From NCBI GenBank assembly GCA_037141135.1, contig JBAXDB010000003.1, positions 1-56,753 on the forward strand: DNA of 56,753 nt. The letters run 5' to 3'. The position numbers were made by a program, and so were the translations under genes. The notes beneath the pieces are model-generated. The model did no database searches and had not been told where the DNA came from. It saw only the letters and a program-made list of their open reading frames with translations. This stretch comes from a bacterium. GTDB lineage: Bacteria; Verrucomicrobiota; Kiritimatiellia; CAIKKV01; CAITUY01. Shown here piece after piece: positions 17,632 through 28,293 of this stretch. Within the stretch, counting starts at the first letter, position 1. Each line of letters starts with the position of its first letter.

Positions 17632-19032
17632 ATGCAACGATTCGATGCCATAATTGCGGAGGTTCTTTTCGGATTACTGACCATCATTGCCGTCGGTTCA
17701 ACCTGGCTCTTTGGAGCCTGGGAGAATTGGTGGTTCTGGCCCTTTATCACCTTGATCTTTAGCGCCACCGCCTGTTTTTCCATCAGGCTGATCTTCTCCT
17801 CACAACTCGGCACAGCGCGCCTGAATTTTTCAACTATCGCCTACACCTTGATTATCGCCTGGCTCCCCTTTTTATTCTACGCCCTGATCCGCGCCATTCA
17901 AGCCGACGTTCCCATGGATGCGGAGCGAAGCTTCCTCCTGCAACTCACGCCCTTTCTCATGGCATTGATGGCCGCCGTGGGACTTTCCGAGGCGCGGCAA
18001 CGCCTGCTCGCGATCGTGCTGCTGGTCAATCTGGCCCTGATCGGGATCTATGGCATCGCCAATCACCTGCTGACAGGCAATGCCCAAGTGCTCTGGGTGC
18101 AAGGTTTTGCCCAGTATCAATCCGAACAAAACTACCACCGTGCCACCGGTTCCTATTTTTGTCCGGATCATTTTTCAGGCCTGATGGAGATCGCGCTCGC
18201 GATGGGTCTGGCGCTGGCACTTATCAAATCCACGCCATGGGCCCAGAAACTGATGGCCGTGGGTTTGTCAGGCATTGCCCTCTGGGGAATTATCCTGAGC
18301 CGCTCACGCGGGGGGGGGATTGTGGCCGGCCTCATCATCATGGCGGCCTTGTGGCTTTGCACGTTGTCATGGGCACCGCGCGCCCGGTGGCTTGGCCGTG
18401 GGAGCGGACTTCTCCTGCTGACCGCTGGAGTCATCACCTTCACAATCCTGGGCGGACATTATGTGAAGCGGTTCAAAGAATACCCGTGGAGCAGGCTTGA
18501 GCATTCGGATCGCTATCAGATGTCCGCTGCCGCCCTGCGGGCCTGGCACACCGCCCCCTGGTTCGGGGTGGGCCCCGGCATGCATCAGAACCTCTGGCCG
18601 CACTTTGCGGCTTCCCCTGACGGGGATCGCGCAAAAGGAATCTGGCCGACATTTCCCAATAACACCTATCATTCATTCGAGGCGCATAACGACTGGGCCC
18701 AATTACTTGAGGAATACGGAATGGTGGGTCTGGTGCTGTTTTTGACCGCAACAGGCACCGCCGTATTACTTATTTACCGACGCTGGAAACGCTGGGCCCA
18801 CAATCTGTCCCGGGACATTTCAGCCTATTTGAATTCTGAATTTGCATGGATGTTACCCGGTCTGCTGCTTGCATCACTCGCCCTGGCCGTTCACTCCATT
18901 GGAGACTTTAATCTTCAGATTCCCGGCACGACATGGCTGCTAGGCGTTCTGACAGGGCTGACCATCGCCATTTCGCGCCATACCTCGCCCTACCGCAAAC
19001 GATCATATCCAGAACCGGAGGCTTCCCCATGA
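17632..19032 (+). CDS. O-antigen ligase/polymerase-family membrane protein
   Basis: Multiple TM helices, SRSRGG, FGVGPG, EAHNDWAQLLEEYGMVG; start set at MQRFD. Confidence 0.85.
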   Translation: MQRFDAIIAEVLFGLLTIIAVGSTWLFGAWENWWFWPFITLIFSATACFSIRLIFSSQLGTARLNFSTIAYTLIIAWLPFLFYALIRAIQADVPMDAERSFLLQLTPFLMALMAAVGLSEARQRLLAIVLLVNLALIGIYGIANHLLTGNAQVLWVQGFAQYQSEQNYHRATGSYFCPDHFSGLMEIALAMGLALALIKSTPWAQKLMAVGLSGIALWGIILSRSRGGGIVAGLIIMAALWLCTLSWAPRARWLGRGSGLLLLTAGVITFTILGGHYVKRFKEYPWSRLEHSDRYQMSAAALRAWHTAPWFGVGPGMHQNLWPHFAASPDGDRAKGIWPTFPNNTYHSFEAHNDWAQLLEEYGMVGLVLFLTATGTAVLLIYRRWKRWAHNLSRDISAYLNSEFAWMLPGLLLASLALAVHSIGDFNLQIPGTTWLLGVLTGLTIAISRHTSPYRKRSYPEPEASP

Positions 19033-20510
19033 ATGGCCCCGACACACCCCAACGTCCTTGGCGGGAACGCCTTTTAAAATCTTCACTCCCCCTTCTCATC
19101 AGTGATTTTTCAGCCATTGTAGCCGCCTATTATGCGACATTATTCTTCCGGTTCCACAGTTCGACCGGCCATGATTTTTTCACCTGGCTCAACGTCACCC
19201 TTGGCTTCAGGGAAACGGCATACGTGGGAAGTGAACTTGGGCTGTTCTACTTTTACAATGCCCCCCGAATCCTCTGCCTTTTAAGCGGTACCCTGCTGTT
19301 TCTTTATGGCTATTGCAATCTATATGCCCGCCGGCGCTTTATCCGGCGGCGGGATGAAGTCTGGACCCTCGTCATGGCCAACCTCCTCGCCCTGGGTTTG
19401 TTCTACGGCTATTTCTACCTGACCCGTAATGAATTCCATCCCCGGAGTGTTTTTGCAAGTCTGCTGGCCGTGAACGTCGTCTTCACCATTCTGTTCCGAC
19501 TGGCAACCTTGTCGCTTCTGAACCGGTCCTCCCTCGCCACTTCCCGCGTACTCCTCATCGGCGAGGGACAGGAAGCCGAATTCATTGATCGCTACATCTC
19601 TGTAACCCGGCCCGCCGGGTTAACCATTGTAGCGCGCTTACCGACCGGTCCCTCGCTACCCACCAACCAGCTGCTTGCCCGGATTAAGAGCGAGGTGCAA
19701 CAGCACCAATGCCACATGCTCCTCTGCGCCGACAAAAGTTTGTCCGTGGCACAAATCATGCAGCTGCTTGAACTGGGCGAAAATTTGGAACAGGAAGTCA
19801 AAGTGCTTTCCGACAAGCTGAATGTCGTGATCAACGAAGCGGGCATGGCTTCAGATTTCTTTATGGAGTTACCCCTGGTTCATTTCGCCGTTTCGCCCCA
19901 TGGGGAGTGGACCCAGCAGTTCCGGCAAGTCAGCATGCAATTACTGGCCGCACTCATTCTCATCATCGCATTTCCCTTCATGCTCCTGCTTGCCGCCCTG
20001 ATCAAAACGACAAGCCACGGCCCTGTTTTTTTCATGCAGGAACGCCGTGGGATTAATCGAAAGCCGTTCTGGATGTACAAATTCCGGACCATGCATGACC
20101 GGGCAGAAGAACTGCAGTCACAAATCGAGGATTTTAATGAATCCGGGGAAGGGTTGTTCAAGATCAAACATGATCCCCGGATTACCCCGATCGGACGTTT
20201 TCTGCGACGGTTCAGTCTTGACGAGCTGCCGCAGCTGATCAACATCGTGAGGGGGGAGATGACCCTGGTGGGGCCCCGTCCATTGCCGAAACGGGACTTT
20301 GAGAACTACTACGAGGAGTGGCACTACGGCCGGCACAGCGGGTTGCCGGGGTTAACGTGCCTGTGGCAGGTCTCGGGGAGAAGTGATATCAGCTTTCACA
20401 ACATGTGCATTCTGGACGATTACTATCTTCGCAACCAGAACTTCATGCTGGACCTGAAAATCATGTTGCGCACGATCAGGGTCGTGCTGTTCGCAAAAGG
20501 GGCATATTAG
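19029..20510 (+). CDS. Polyprenyl-phosphate glycosylphosphotransferase (priming sugar transferase)
   Basis: KFRTM, DPRITPIGRFLRRFSLDELPQLINI..MTLVGPRP, PGLTCLWQVSGRS; ATGA overlap with upstream gene. Confidence 0.93.
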   Translation: MNGPDTPQRPWRERLLKSSLPLLISDFSAIVAAYYATLFFRFHSSTGHDFFTWLNVTLGFRETAYVGSELGLFYFYNAPRILCLLSGTLLFLYGYCNLYARRRFIRRRDEVWTLVMANLLALGLFYGYFYLTRNEFHPRSVFASLLAVNVVFTILFRLATLSLLNRSSLATSRVLLIGEGQEAEFIDRYISVTRPAGLTIVARLPTGPSLPTNQLLARIKSEVQQHQCHMLLCADKSLSVAQIMQLLELGENLEQEVKVLSDKLNVVINEAGMASDFFMELPLVHFAVSPHGEWTQQFRQVSMQLLAALILIIAFPFMLLLAALIKTTSHGPVFFMQERRGINRKPFWMYKFRTMHDRAEELQSQIEDFNESGEGLFKIKHDPRITPIGRFLRRFSLDELPQLINIVRGEMTLVGPRPLPKRDFENYYEEWHYGRHSGLPGLTCLWQVSGRSDISFHNMCILDDYYLRNQNFMLDLKIMLRTIRVVLFAKGAY

Positions 20511-20514
20511 AGGG

Positions 20515-21435
20515 CTACTCTTTTTTGACGGTCAGGATTTTTTCAAGCGCCATCAAGAGCATCACGGCCACAGCGAACACAACATATCCGGAATAGTCAT
20601 GGTAATAGTGCATTGCCATTTCCTGCCCGGCAAAACGCGCGCAGATAGCAATCGACATCACACGCACAATATTTCCCGCGATGGCCAGGGGGATGGCCGA
20701 GACGAACAGGAGGAGTTTCTTGGCAATGGGCCCTTGAATAAAATAGGCATACGCCGCAGTAAGGGCCGTCATCGCCAGAAGGGACCGGATCCCGCTACAA
20801 GGATCGGCCACCTCCAGCGCAAAGGATCCATTCGCCGCATGAATGGCTGAACCGGACCGGATCACCTCGATCCCCGTTCCATTGAGCACCCCGGCTGAAA
20901 TGGCGGTGGCCAGAATACGCAACTGAAAACTGAAACTGTCAAAGAAGTTCAGGGGAATGCAGAAGATCAGATACCCGCAGGGAAATAAAAGAAGACGGCC
21001 CACACCGCGCCCGTAAAGAAAGCACGGAACCGCCCACAAGATGATGATGAAAGCCCCGAGCGAGAGCCGCGGTTGCTGAGCCCGAGCACCCACCCAGTGC
21101 AATAGTAAACCAACAGCCACCCAGGATAACGCGGGCCAGTAGGTCGCTTTCGGGATTTTGATCAACTCAACCCGTCTTATCCACAAGGCCCAGCAACTGA
21201 CAATCGGGATGATCCAGCCATGGGAGTATTCACCTACCACGAAGGTTGAATCAGACCACCGCATGATCATCCACCTGAATACCGACGTGCCAAACAGCCG
21301 CACATCCGCCGTGTTGCCATACAGGTGGAACAACGCAAAGGCCAGGCCTGCGATCACAAGCAGGAGACCCGTGGACACGGGATCCACACGGTGGGCTAAT
21401 CGCGATAAAACAAAATCAGATTGGACAGTCTTCAC
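20515..21435 (-). CDS. Exosortase (EpsH family)
   Basis: YSHG, VADPCSGIRS (Cys), NIVRV (Arg), YHD (His); ~8 TM helices. Confidence 0.9.
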   Translation of the reverse strand: MKTVQSDFVLSRLAHRVDPVSTGLLLVIAGLAFALFHLYGNTADVRLFGTSVFRWMIMRWSDSTFVVGEYSHGWIIPIVSCWALWIRRVELIKIPKATYWPALSWVAVGLLLHWVGARAQQPRLSLGAFIIILWAVPCFLYGRGVGRLLLFPCGYLIFCIPLNFFDSFSFQLRILATAISAGVLNGTGIEVIRSGSAIHAANGSFALEVADPCSGIRSLLAMTALTAAYAYFIQGPIAKKLLLFVSAIPLAIAGNIVRVMSIAICARFAGQEMAMHYYHDYSGYVVFAVAVMLLMALEKILTVKKE

Positions 21436-22205
21436 AGCTTCTCTTTCAAAATGATCCGGGGATACAAATCCTGAACAAAAGCACGAAGGGTCTGATCAGG
21501 CATGGCTATCCCCCTTGCCCTTTCCCCGGCTATGGAGATGTAGGCCCACCGGGAAACACGGCCATACAATACCCGGTCCCGCGTTGCGTAAAAGATCCGC
21601 CAGGCACTGGATGGCGTTTCGTGACGCTGGGAAACAAACCAATAAGCATAAAAAACAGGAATCTCAGTCAGCCGGTTCTCCCCCACCTGTTGCCGGCGGA
21701 AAAGGTTGATAATACGCACTTGCAACGGCCCATGCCCCATCAGGGGAATGGCATGAGTTTCCTCTCCCGCGATATCATATCCCTGCCCGGTCAGACACAT
21801 TTGCGGGCGATGGATACTGACCTCCTCGGAACTGCTGATCACGATCGATACCGATAGGGCGGGCCTGGAGCCACAACGATAGAGCTTACGCACCAGAACG
21901 GTATTTGCCGGAAGAAGCTGTCGCTCACTCAATGACCAAGTCGCCACCATCTCACCACCGCAAGAGGGACAGACCTTGCCACCGGACAATTCGGAACTTG
22001 GCATCGATCGCATGCAACGTTCATTTTGACAGTAGCTCAGTTCCTCGCCGGTCCATTCCCCCACCCGCTCCGGAAGCGAGACCCTGACCGCAGGAGCCTC
22101 AAGCACCGCCATAGCAGGAGCACGCCTGACACAAAAGACCGCTACGGCCAACATTCCCATGACCACCAAATAGGGTATATATTTCAGGATTTTCATATAC
22201 GTCAA
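21432..22205 (-). CDS. epsI: Exosortase-associated EpsI-family protein
   Basis: LPERVGEWTG, SIHRPQMCLTGQGY, YWF; adjacent to the exosortase. Confidence 0.75.
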   Translation of the reverse strand: MTYMKILKYIPYLVVMGMLAVAVFCVRRAPAMAVLEAPAVRVSLPERVGEWTGEELSYCQNERCMRSMPSSELSGGKVCPSCGGEMVATWSLSERQLLPANTVLVRKLYRCGSRPALSVSIVISSSEEVSIHRPQMCLTGQGYDIAGEETHAIPLMGHGPLQVRIINLFRRQQVGENRLTEIPVFYAYWFVSQRHETPSSAWRIFYATRDRVLYGRVSRWAYISIAGERARGIAMPDQTLRAFVQDLYPRIILKEKL

Positions 22206-22207
22206 AC

Positions 22208-23005
22208 TTATTTCCCATCCACGGGATAGGCTCGCATTCCCGTCATCTGCAGGAAAACATGGATGAGAAAAAGCGGATTGTTGCGCAAATACCTGCCTGC
22301 CAGACGTCTAGGCTCCACACAGAGCCTGAACAACCATTCGCATCCCGCCCGCTGAATCCATTTCGGCGCCTGACGCACACGTCCGGCGTGAAAGTCAAAG
22401 GCCGCGCCCACACCCAGCATGAGCTTTGCCTGCACCTTACCGCTGAAAGCCGCCATCTGAATTTCCTGCTTGGGCGTACTCAAGCCGATCCATAGCAAAT
22501 CCGGTTTTAGCGCATTAATCTCCGAGCAGATATTAGATTCCTCTTCAGACGACAGCGGTCTGAACGGAGGAGAACAGGTTCCGATGACGCGCAATCCCGG
22601 GAATCGCACCGTCATAAACCGGCCCAGATCTTCCGCGACACCCGCATTCCCCCCGTACAAGTAATTGGTGTAACCTTTTCGGGCCGACACCTCCAGCATT
22701 GCCAACATCAAGTCCGGCCCGTAGACCCGGTCCATATCGCGATGCCCTTGCCACCACCCCAGCCAACTGAGCGGCATCCCGTCAGGCACCACCGCGTCCG
22801 CACGGTTATGAATGGCCCGCAGGCGGGAATCACGCAACCCCTCCATCACGCCATGAACACCTGTCACACAGACATAACGCCCGACATGCGGCGACGCCAA
22901 CCAAGACTCAAACAACTTCACGGCTCCCGGCAGGTTCAAAACCGATACCTGGGTACCCAGTACATTCAAAGACTCGGGACTATCACCGGCCCTCACGTTA
23001 TTCAC
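22208..23005 (-). CDS. WecB/TagA/CpsF glycosyltransferase
   Basis: VPDGMP, RVYGPDLM, GLSTPKQE, GVGAAFDF, EPRRL; GTG start approximate. Confidence 0.92.
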   Translation of the reverse strand: MNNVRAGDSPESLNVLGTQVSVLNLPGAVKLFESWLASPHVGRYVCVTGVHGVMEGLRDSRLRAIHNRADAVVPDGMPLSWLGWWQGHRDMDRVYGPDLMLAMLEVSARKGYTNYLYGGNAGVAEDLGRFMTVRFPGLRVIGTCSPPFRPLSSEEESNICSEINALKPDLLWIGLSTPKQEIQMAAFSGKVQAKLMLGVGAAFDFHAGRVRQAPKWIQRAGCEWLFRLCVEPRRLAGRYLRNNPLFLIHVFLQMTGMRAYPVDGK

Positions 23006-23651
23006 AATTTTTCGTTCCCCTTCTCTTGTATGCAATCATGGATTTGGGCCATCCTGCAGAACGTTCAACCACTATCTGCCCGTCCGGAAACAGGGACTTC
23101 ATCTGGCCCCTGCTTAACAGGCGTATTCCCATAACCTGAGCGTCGTCTTCTGCGGAGCCATTCAGCCAATGCCTGATGGTGAACGCGGGGACCAGCCGTT
23201 CATACATCCGGCGGGGCAGCCAATGGATAAAAGGGGTCAGCAAATGCGGCTCGAATGGAAAACGCATGTCGGGTGTCTGGACAAAATAATTACAGCCAAC
23301 CCTGCGGATCTCCCCCGCCATCTGCGCCTGAGAGCGTCCATCTCCCACATGCTCAATGACTGAATTACTGAAAACGTAATCAAAAGCCTTATCCTTAAAA
23401 GGAAGCGCACGGGCATCTCCCATCACCCATCCCCATTGGGGATCCAACCCCACTGGCTTGGGACCGAGGTTCAGAATCGTCACACGCGGCACCGGCAAAC
23501 CCATTTCCCTGCAAAGGGTCCAGAAATAAGGACTCCCTCCAACATCCAAAAGCGTTTCGTCCCTTTTTGGCATGAAAATGTTGTAGAAAAGCCTTATGCG
23601 GCGCATCCGATATAGCCGGAAAAAAGGCTCATATAGACGATGAATATTCAT
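22998..23651 (-). CDS. Class I SAM-dependent methyltransferase
   Basis: LLDVGG, GDARALPF..FDYVFSNSVIEHV. Confidence 0.85.
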   Translation of the reverse strand: MNIHRLYEPFFRLYRMRRIRLFYNIFMPKRDETLLDVGGSPYFWTLCREMGLPVPRVTILNLGPKPVGLDPQWGWVMGDARALPFKDKAFDYVFSNSVIEHVGDGRSQAQMAGEIRRVGCNYFVQTPDMRFPFEPHLLTPFIHWLPRRMYERLVPAFTIRHWLNGSAEDDAQVMGIRLLSRGQMKSLFPDGQIVVERSAGWPKSMIAYKRRGTKNCE

Positions 23652-23717
23652 AACAACGACTGTTCTGAACCCATCTCAAGACCATGCCGTTCATGCCCAC
23701 ATCTATGAGGCTCATGA

Positions 23718-24686
23718 CTATGCCGTTTTCTTGACTTGTGCATCAATCCAATGATACGTCAGATCCAATCCTCGCGTCAAAGGCCACGTGGGACGCCAAC
23801 CCAGTTTATTATAGATCAATGTATTGTCAGAACAGCGACCGCGAACACCGAGCGGTCCTTTAATATGATTGATTTCAAGCTCTTTTCCAGCCAGACGCAT
23901 TACAAGCCGGGCAAGGTTATTAATAGATATTAGTTCATCTGAACCAATGTTCACTGGCCCCGCGAACTCAGACTCCATCAAACGACGCACTCCTTCGAGA
24001 CATTCATCTATATAAAGAAACGTGCGCGTCTGCTCGCCATCACCCCAAATCTCAATCTGCCCCCCGGACGGCACTGATGCAACTTTTCTGCACACGGCAG
24101 CCGGGGCCTTCTCTTTGCCGCCATCCCACGTTCCCTCAGAGCCGAAAATATTATGGAATCTAGCAATATGAACTTTTATCCCATAGTTACGTGCATAGCT
24201 TAAATACAAGCGCTCGCTGAACAATTTCTCCCAGCCATATTCGCTATCAGGACAAGCCGGATAAGCAACCGCTTCCGGCAATCCCGGATTATTGGGATCG
24301 AGTTGCTGCCCTTCAGGGTAAATACAGGCAGAAGAAGAATAAAACACTTTCTTAATCCCGGTATTTTTAGCCTCCTCGACCATATTTAAATTTATGGTTG
24401 CGGAGTTATGCATCACACAAGCGTCGTGATCACCTGTGAAGATATAACCCGCCCCCCCCATATCGGCGGCGAGTTGGTACAATTCATCAAACTTCACATC
24501 AGAAGTAATTTTTCGGCAAACAGACTGTTCGCGTAAATCACCAACAATGAATTCATCAGCTGCGGAATCACTGTATTCATGTTGTTTAATATCAACCCCA
24601 CGAACCCAATATCCCTCCGCCTTCAATCGTTTAACTAAATGTCCGCCAATGAATCCGCCTGCGCCACATACAAGAGCTTTTTTCAT
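23718..24686 (-). CDS. NAD-dependent epimerase, GDP-mannose 3,5-epimerase-like
   Basis: GAGGFIG, AADMGG, SSACIYP, YGWEK, GGKEKAPAAVCRK, GVRGR. Confidence 0.88.
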   Translation of the reverse strand: MKKALVCGAGGFIGGHLVKRLKAEGYWVRGVDIKQHEYSDSAADEFIVGDLREQSVCRKITSDVKFDELYQLAADMGGAGYIFTGDHDACVMHNSATINLNMVEEAKNTGIKKVFYSSSACIYPEGQQLDPNNPGLPEAVAYPACPDSEYGWEKLFSERLYLSYARNYGIKVHIARFHNIFGSEGTWDGGKEKAPAAVCRKVASVPSGGQIEIWGDGEQTRTFLYIDECLEGVRRLMESEFAGPVNIGSDELISINNLARLVMRLAGKELEINHIKGPLGVRGRCSDNTLIYNKLGWRPTWPLTRGLDLTYHWIDAQVKKTA

Positions 24687-24747
24687 TTTATTCCGCCTTT
24701 ATCTCAAAACAAGGTTTTACTGATATCCGCCAGAATCCCAAACTCAA

Positions 24748-25902
24748 TCAATGCAAACTACTCAACATTTCACGGTATATTTTCATGACGTCATCCGCTG
24801 CCCGAGCCCAATTAAAACGTGCCGCTAAATCCGCTTGAACGACGGCGATGTCACTTGGACTCATGGCCATGGCCGCGTCTAATGCAGCAGCAAAAGTCGC
24901 TTCACCCCTACCATCCCATCCCCCTGGAATGCCCTCCAGGATTTCCTCAAGCGATGTTGTGGCACGGTAACAGACAGGGGTTCCCGCAGCATAGCTCTCG
25001 AGCGCAGGTAAACCGAACCCTTCCAGGGTACTCAGCAATAACAGCGCGCGACTACTTCCCATTAGCCTTACAAGTTCTGCATCCGGAACTCGCCCCACAA
25101 AACGGATGTCAGCGCCAACCGGACAAGCCCCCCATTCGTCCGGCCACGCCCGCAGGCCAGTCACCGTCACAGGTTCATGCCAGCCCCCCCGTAAGGCATA
25201 GGCTGACAGCAGTGCAAGGGTTTCCGCAGTTGCTTTGTGGGGAAAACGTGATCCGAGAACCAGCACACCTGAACGCATCGCCCCTGAAACCCGTTGCGGC
25301 GCCGATACCCCGGGCCCTATGTAGACAACTTCGCTTTTCCCCGCCGTTCCCGGCACGAGAGCCTCCAATTCGGCGAGGCTATAGCGCGAATCCGTCAGCA
25401 CGCGATCCGCCCGGCGAAGCGAATGACGCGTCAGCCAGTCAAAGTATCGGAGCTTGAACCTGGACAGGCATGCAGGGGGGTGCGAGGCGTAATGGGACGC
25501 GATCGTATCATGCAACGTAGCCACGATTTTACAGGGCAGCCGCCCCCAGGGAACATAACCCTTGGGAAAATGAACGAGAGACGCCCCCGTGGCACGGATC
25601 AGATGGGGGCCAAGAAGATGATCTCCCCAAAGTCGCCCCACCCCGGTGGAAAATCGACCTGGCACGATACGGCATTCCATCCAGGAAGGCAGTGGCGAAG
25701 GGCGAAAATCCTCCGCATTGGTAGAACACAGGAGTAAAATCACCTTAAAACGCGGATCCGGCTTTCTGGCCAATTCATGGATCAGATTACGCGTATAGTG
25801 ATAGATACCCAGGGAAGATGTTGTCGTCGGATCCTGATCCAGGCAGTATATGACCACGCGGGGCGGGCATGGTGCAACTATCTTCTGTGAAGGCATAGTC
25901 AT
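24748..25902 (-). CDS. GT4 glycosyltransferase
   Basis: TLHD, EGFGLPALE, FNWARAA. Confidence 0.88.
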   Translation of the reverse strand: MTMPSQKIVAPCPPRVVIYCLDQDPTTTSSLGIYHYTRNLIHELARKPDPRFKVILLLCSTNAEDFRPSPLPSWMECRIVPGRFSTGVGRLWGDHLLGPHLIRATGASLVHFPKGYVPWGRLPCKIVATLHDTIASHYASHPPACLSRFKLRYFDWLTRHSLRRADRVLTDSRYSLAELEALVPGTAGKSEVVYIGPGVSAPQRVSGAMRSGVLVLGSRFPHKATAETLALLSAYALRGGWHEPVTVTGLRAWPDEWGACPVGADIRFVGRVPDAELVRLMGSSRALLLLSTLEGFGLPALESYAAGTPVCYRATTSLEEILEGIPGGWDGRGEATFAAALDAAMAMSPSDIAVVQADLAARFNWARAADDVMKIYREMLSSLH

Positions 25903-26723
25903 CGTGGCCAGTGAAAGGTTCCAGATTGCGCCGTGATTCGAGTACGCCCGGAAAAGGCGTCCGTATACACAGCGTAGATCAGCGGCCAGGACTGTCTGAA
26001 AGCGCCGCTCAGAACTTTTTCAGTTAATCGACCGATATTTAAGACGGGACGCAAGACACGCACCCAAACTGGAGCACGTCGTGATAATTGACTCATCTCA
26101 GCCTCTGCCTGGGAACTGGACCCCAGATTCCCTCCCCACAGGGTAAACACCGAGAGATAGAGCGGAAGCCGCACCGAACCGGCCCCCGCGCGCAATGACC
26201 GCAGCATCAAATCGGCGTCACCTACAGTCCGCCACGATGTATCATACCCGCCACATCGCTCCAGGAGCGCTTTCCTGTAGAACGTAGCACAACTGAGAAC
26301 GTACAAGTGGGATGACGCCACATAACTCCAGCGTAATGGATAGGCCTTCCTAAATGATGCCAGCGTGCCATCGGGCCGGATCAACAAGGTGTCCCCATAT
26401 ACAATATCGGTTTTGGGATAACGTAAAAATGCAGCCTCAACAGCGGCAAGTGTGTCCGGCAGATACTGTTCATCACAATTGAGATACGCCATAATATCAC
26501 CCTTTGCCATGGCAATTCCCTTATTAATGGCGTCATACATCCCGCGGTCAGGCTCACTGATCCATCGCAGCCCAGTCTGCCCCTTCAGCCATTCAACGGT
26601 GCCATCGGTCGATCCTCCGTCCATAATGATATGCTCATGGGGAAACTGTTGATCGGCCACTGAAGCGCAACAACGCTGAAGGTAAGACAATTGGTTGAAA
26701 CTTGGCGTAACAATCGAAATCAT
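25899..26723 (-). CDS. GT2 glycosyltransferase
   Basis: ISIVTPSFNQ, DGGSTDGT, EPDRGMYDAINKG, LNCDE. Confidence 0.92.
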   Translation of the reverse strand: MISIVTPSFNQLSYLQRCCASVADQQFPHEHIIMDGGSTDGTVEWLKGQTGLRWISEPDRGMYDAINKGIAMAKGDIMAYLNCDEQYLPDTLAAVEAAFLRYPKTDIVYGDTLLIRPDGTLASFRKAYPLRWSYVASSHLYVLSCATFYRKALLERCGGYDTSWRTVGDADLMLRSLRAGAGSVRLPLYLSVFTLWGGNLGSSSQAEAEMSQLSRRAPVWVRVLRPVLNIGRLTEKVLSGAFRQSWPLIYAVYTDAFSGRTRITAQSGTFHWPR

Positions 26724-26743
26724 AATATTGCAACACCCTGATA

Positions 26744-28222
26744 CTATTTAACAACAGAAACCAATGGATCCCCGCACTGTCCATTTTGAATCCGGGCAAT
26801 CATTCCGTTCATAACGCCTAGGCCGATACAAACGGACATGAATGTATCGCCCCCCCCGTTCATCAGCATTTGCCCTATCACCGCCGCCATAAATGCCAGC
26901 AATGCCACCCCGAACAGGCGCCAAAGTGAATTTCCCATTTCCATCATACACCTTATAAATCGCCAACAGACACTTCCCGCGCCAATTACATACAAGACCG
27001 CCAACGGAAGCCCGCAAAAGACAGCCAATGCCAAAACAGAATTATGATAAACCCCGGAAACAGCCAGAGTCATCTGTCCGGCATCCAAACCTTCCAGCCG
27101 CATCATGCTACTGGAATTAGCCAACTCCTCTGTGGAAAATGTAAATCCTTTGCCACTAAAAGGATGTTCCCGGATGCTCGCCCAAGCCAAGCGGTTCAAG
27201 GTTGCGCGAAACTCCGACTGCCACCCAAATTCACCTGACATTTCAAAATCTGCGCTCAATTGACTCGCTTCGCTTCGATCCACGTCCAAAACCGTTGACA
27301 ACGCCCGTTTGGCGATTCGAGGTACCCCGCTGGGACTAAAAAGCGTCAACATCCCCATGCCTAGTGAAACCACCAGCATCAAGGCGAATACCGCCTTCCG
27401 GGTTTGCCTGTAGGTAATTGCCACCACAAGAATTTGGACCAACGCAAATACCGGACGGCTTCGGAAGGGGGTAATTGTTGCAAGTCCAAGAATAAGGGCA
27501 ATAAGTCCAATGTAGGAAATCCAATTTCCCAAGGCCCCTCTTTGATTCCAATGATCGTGGATCCACGCCAACCCCAGCCCCGACATCAACCAGACCGGCT
27601 GTCCAAAAGCAATTACTGTAGAAATCGATCCATCCTCCAAATACGGCCTGATCAGTCCCTCGATAACGCCCACCACCGAAAAGGCCATCATCACTTTTAT
27701 ATTTTTTTGCACATTCCAGTTTTCAGGAACTACCATTGAAGCCACCAGAAATGCAAGGCCACCAACAAGATAATAAACGGCTTCCCCGGCCCCGCCGCTT
27801 TCCCCGAGATTTGTTGACCCCGGACGATCCCACAATATCCGCAGCATAATCCCGGCGGCGACAAACACCAGGCAACGCTCTCCTTTTGTCCGGAAAAGTG
27901 AAATCTTGAAATCGCCCTTGAGCCAACGCAGCAGACTCACGCCAATAATGATGCTCGTTATAACCAGCCCGGGCGACATTTTCTGAAGAACAGGCGCGGG
28001 AATTCTGAACCCGATATTCAGTGCACCAATCAATATCCCGGCCCACACCCCGGACAGGGCGAGAATTGAGGAAAAGAGAAATGGGATCAAAACAGCCAGA
28101 CTTATCATCACTGTACTGAGCGATAAGCCGGCCGTCAGGATTTTATACTGTACAACCAGTGCCGCTAATACAAATGCCGCACCAAACCCGTATTGTGTAA
28201 TTCTATTTTGAAATGCCATCAT
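26744..28222 (-). CDS. Putative O-antigen polymerase/ligase (Wzy-like)
   Basis: Many TM helices, FRSR, HPFSGKGF, YHNSVLALAV; located in the EPS cluster; start uncertain. Confidence 0.7.
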   Translation of the reverse strand: MMAFQNRITQYGFGAAFVLAALVVQYKILTAGLSLSTVMISLAVLIPFLFSSILALSGVWAGILIGALNIGFRIPAPVLQKMSPGLVITSIIIGVSLLRWLKGDFKISLFRTKGERCLVFVAAGIMLRILWDRPGSTNLGESGGAGEAVYYLVGGLAFLVASMVVPENWNVQKNIKVMMAFSVVGVIEGLIRPYLEDGSISTVIAFGQPVWLMSGLGLAWIHDHWNQRGALGNWISYIGLIALILGLATITPFRSRPVFALVQILVVAITYRQTRKAVFALMLVVSLGMGMLTLFSPSGVPRIAKRALSTVLDVDRSEASQLSADFEMSGEFGWQSEFRATLNRLAWASIREHPFSGKGFTFSTEELANSSSMMRLEGLDAGQMTLAVSGVYHNSVLALAVFCGLPLAVLYVIGAGSVCWRFIRCMMEMGNSLWRLFGVALLAFMAAVIGQMLMNGGGDTFMSVCIGLGVMNGMIARIQNGQCGDPLVSVVK

Positions 28223-28293
28223 AACCCCAAGAGGGCATTCGCCCGCTATGCTGTTTCCACCAATCCAACTCACCGAGCTGTGCCTTACCCCAG

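Noticed and set aside
23675-23727. 17 bp imperfect direct repeat at the epimerase 3' end
   Set aside because: Short (15/17) with no element between the copies; could be chance
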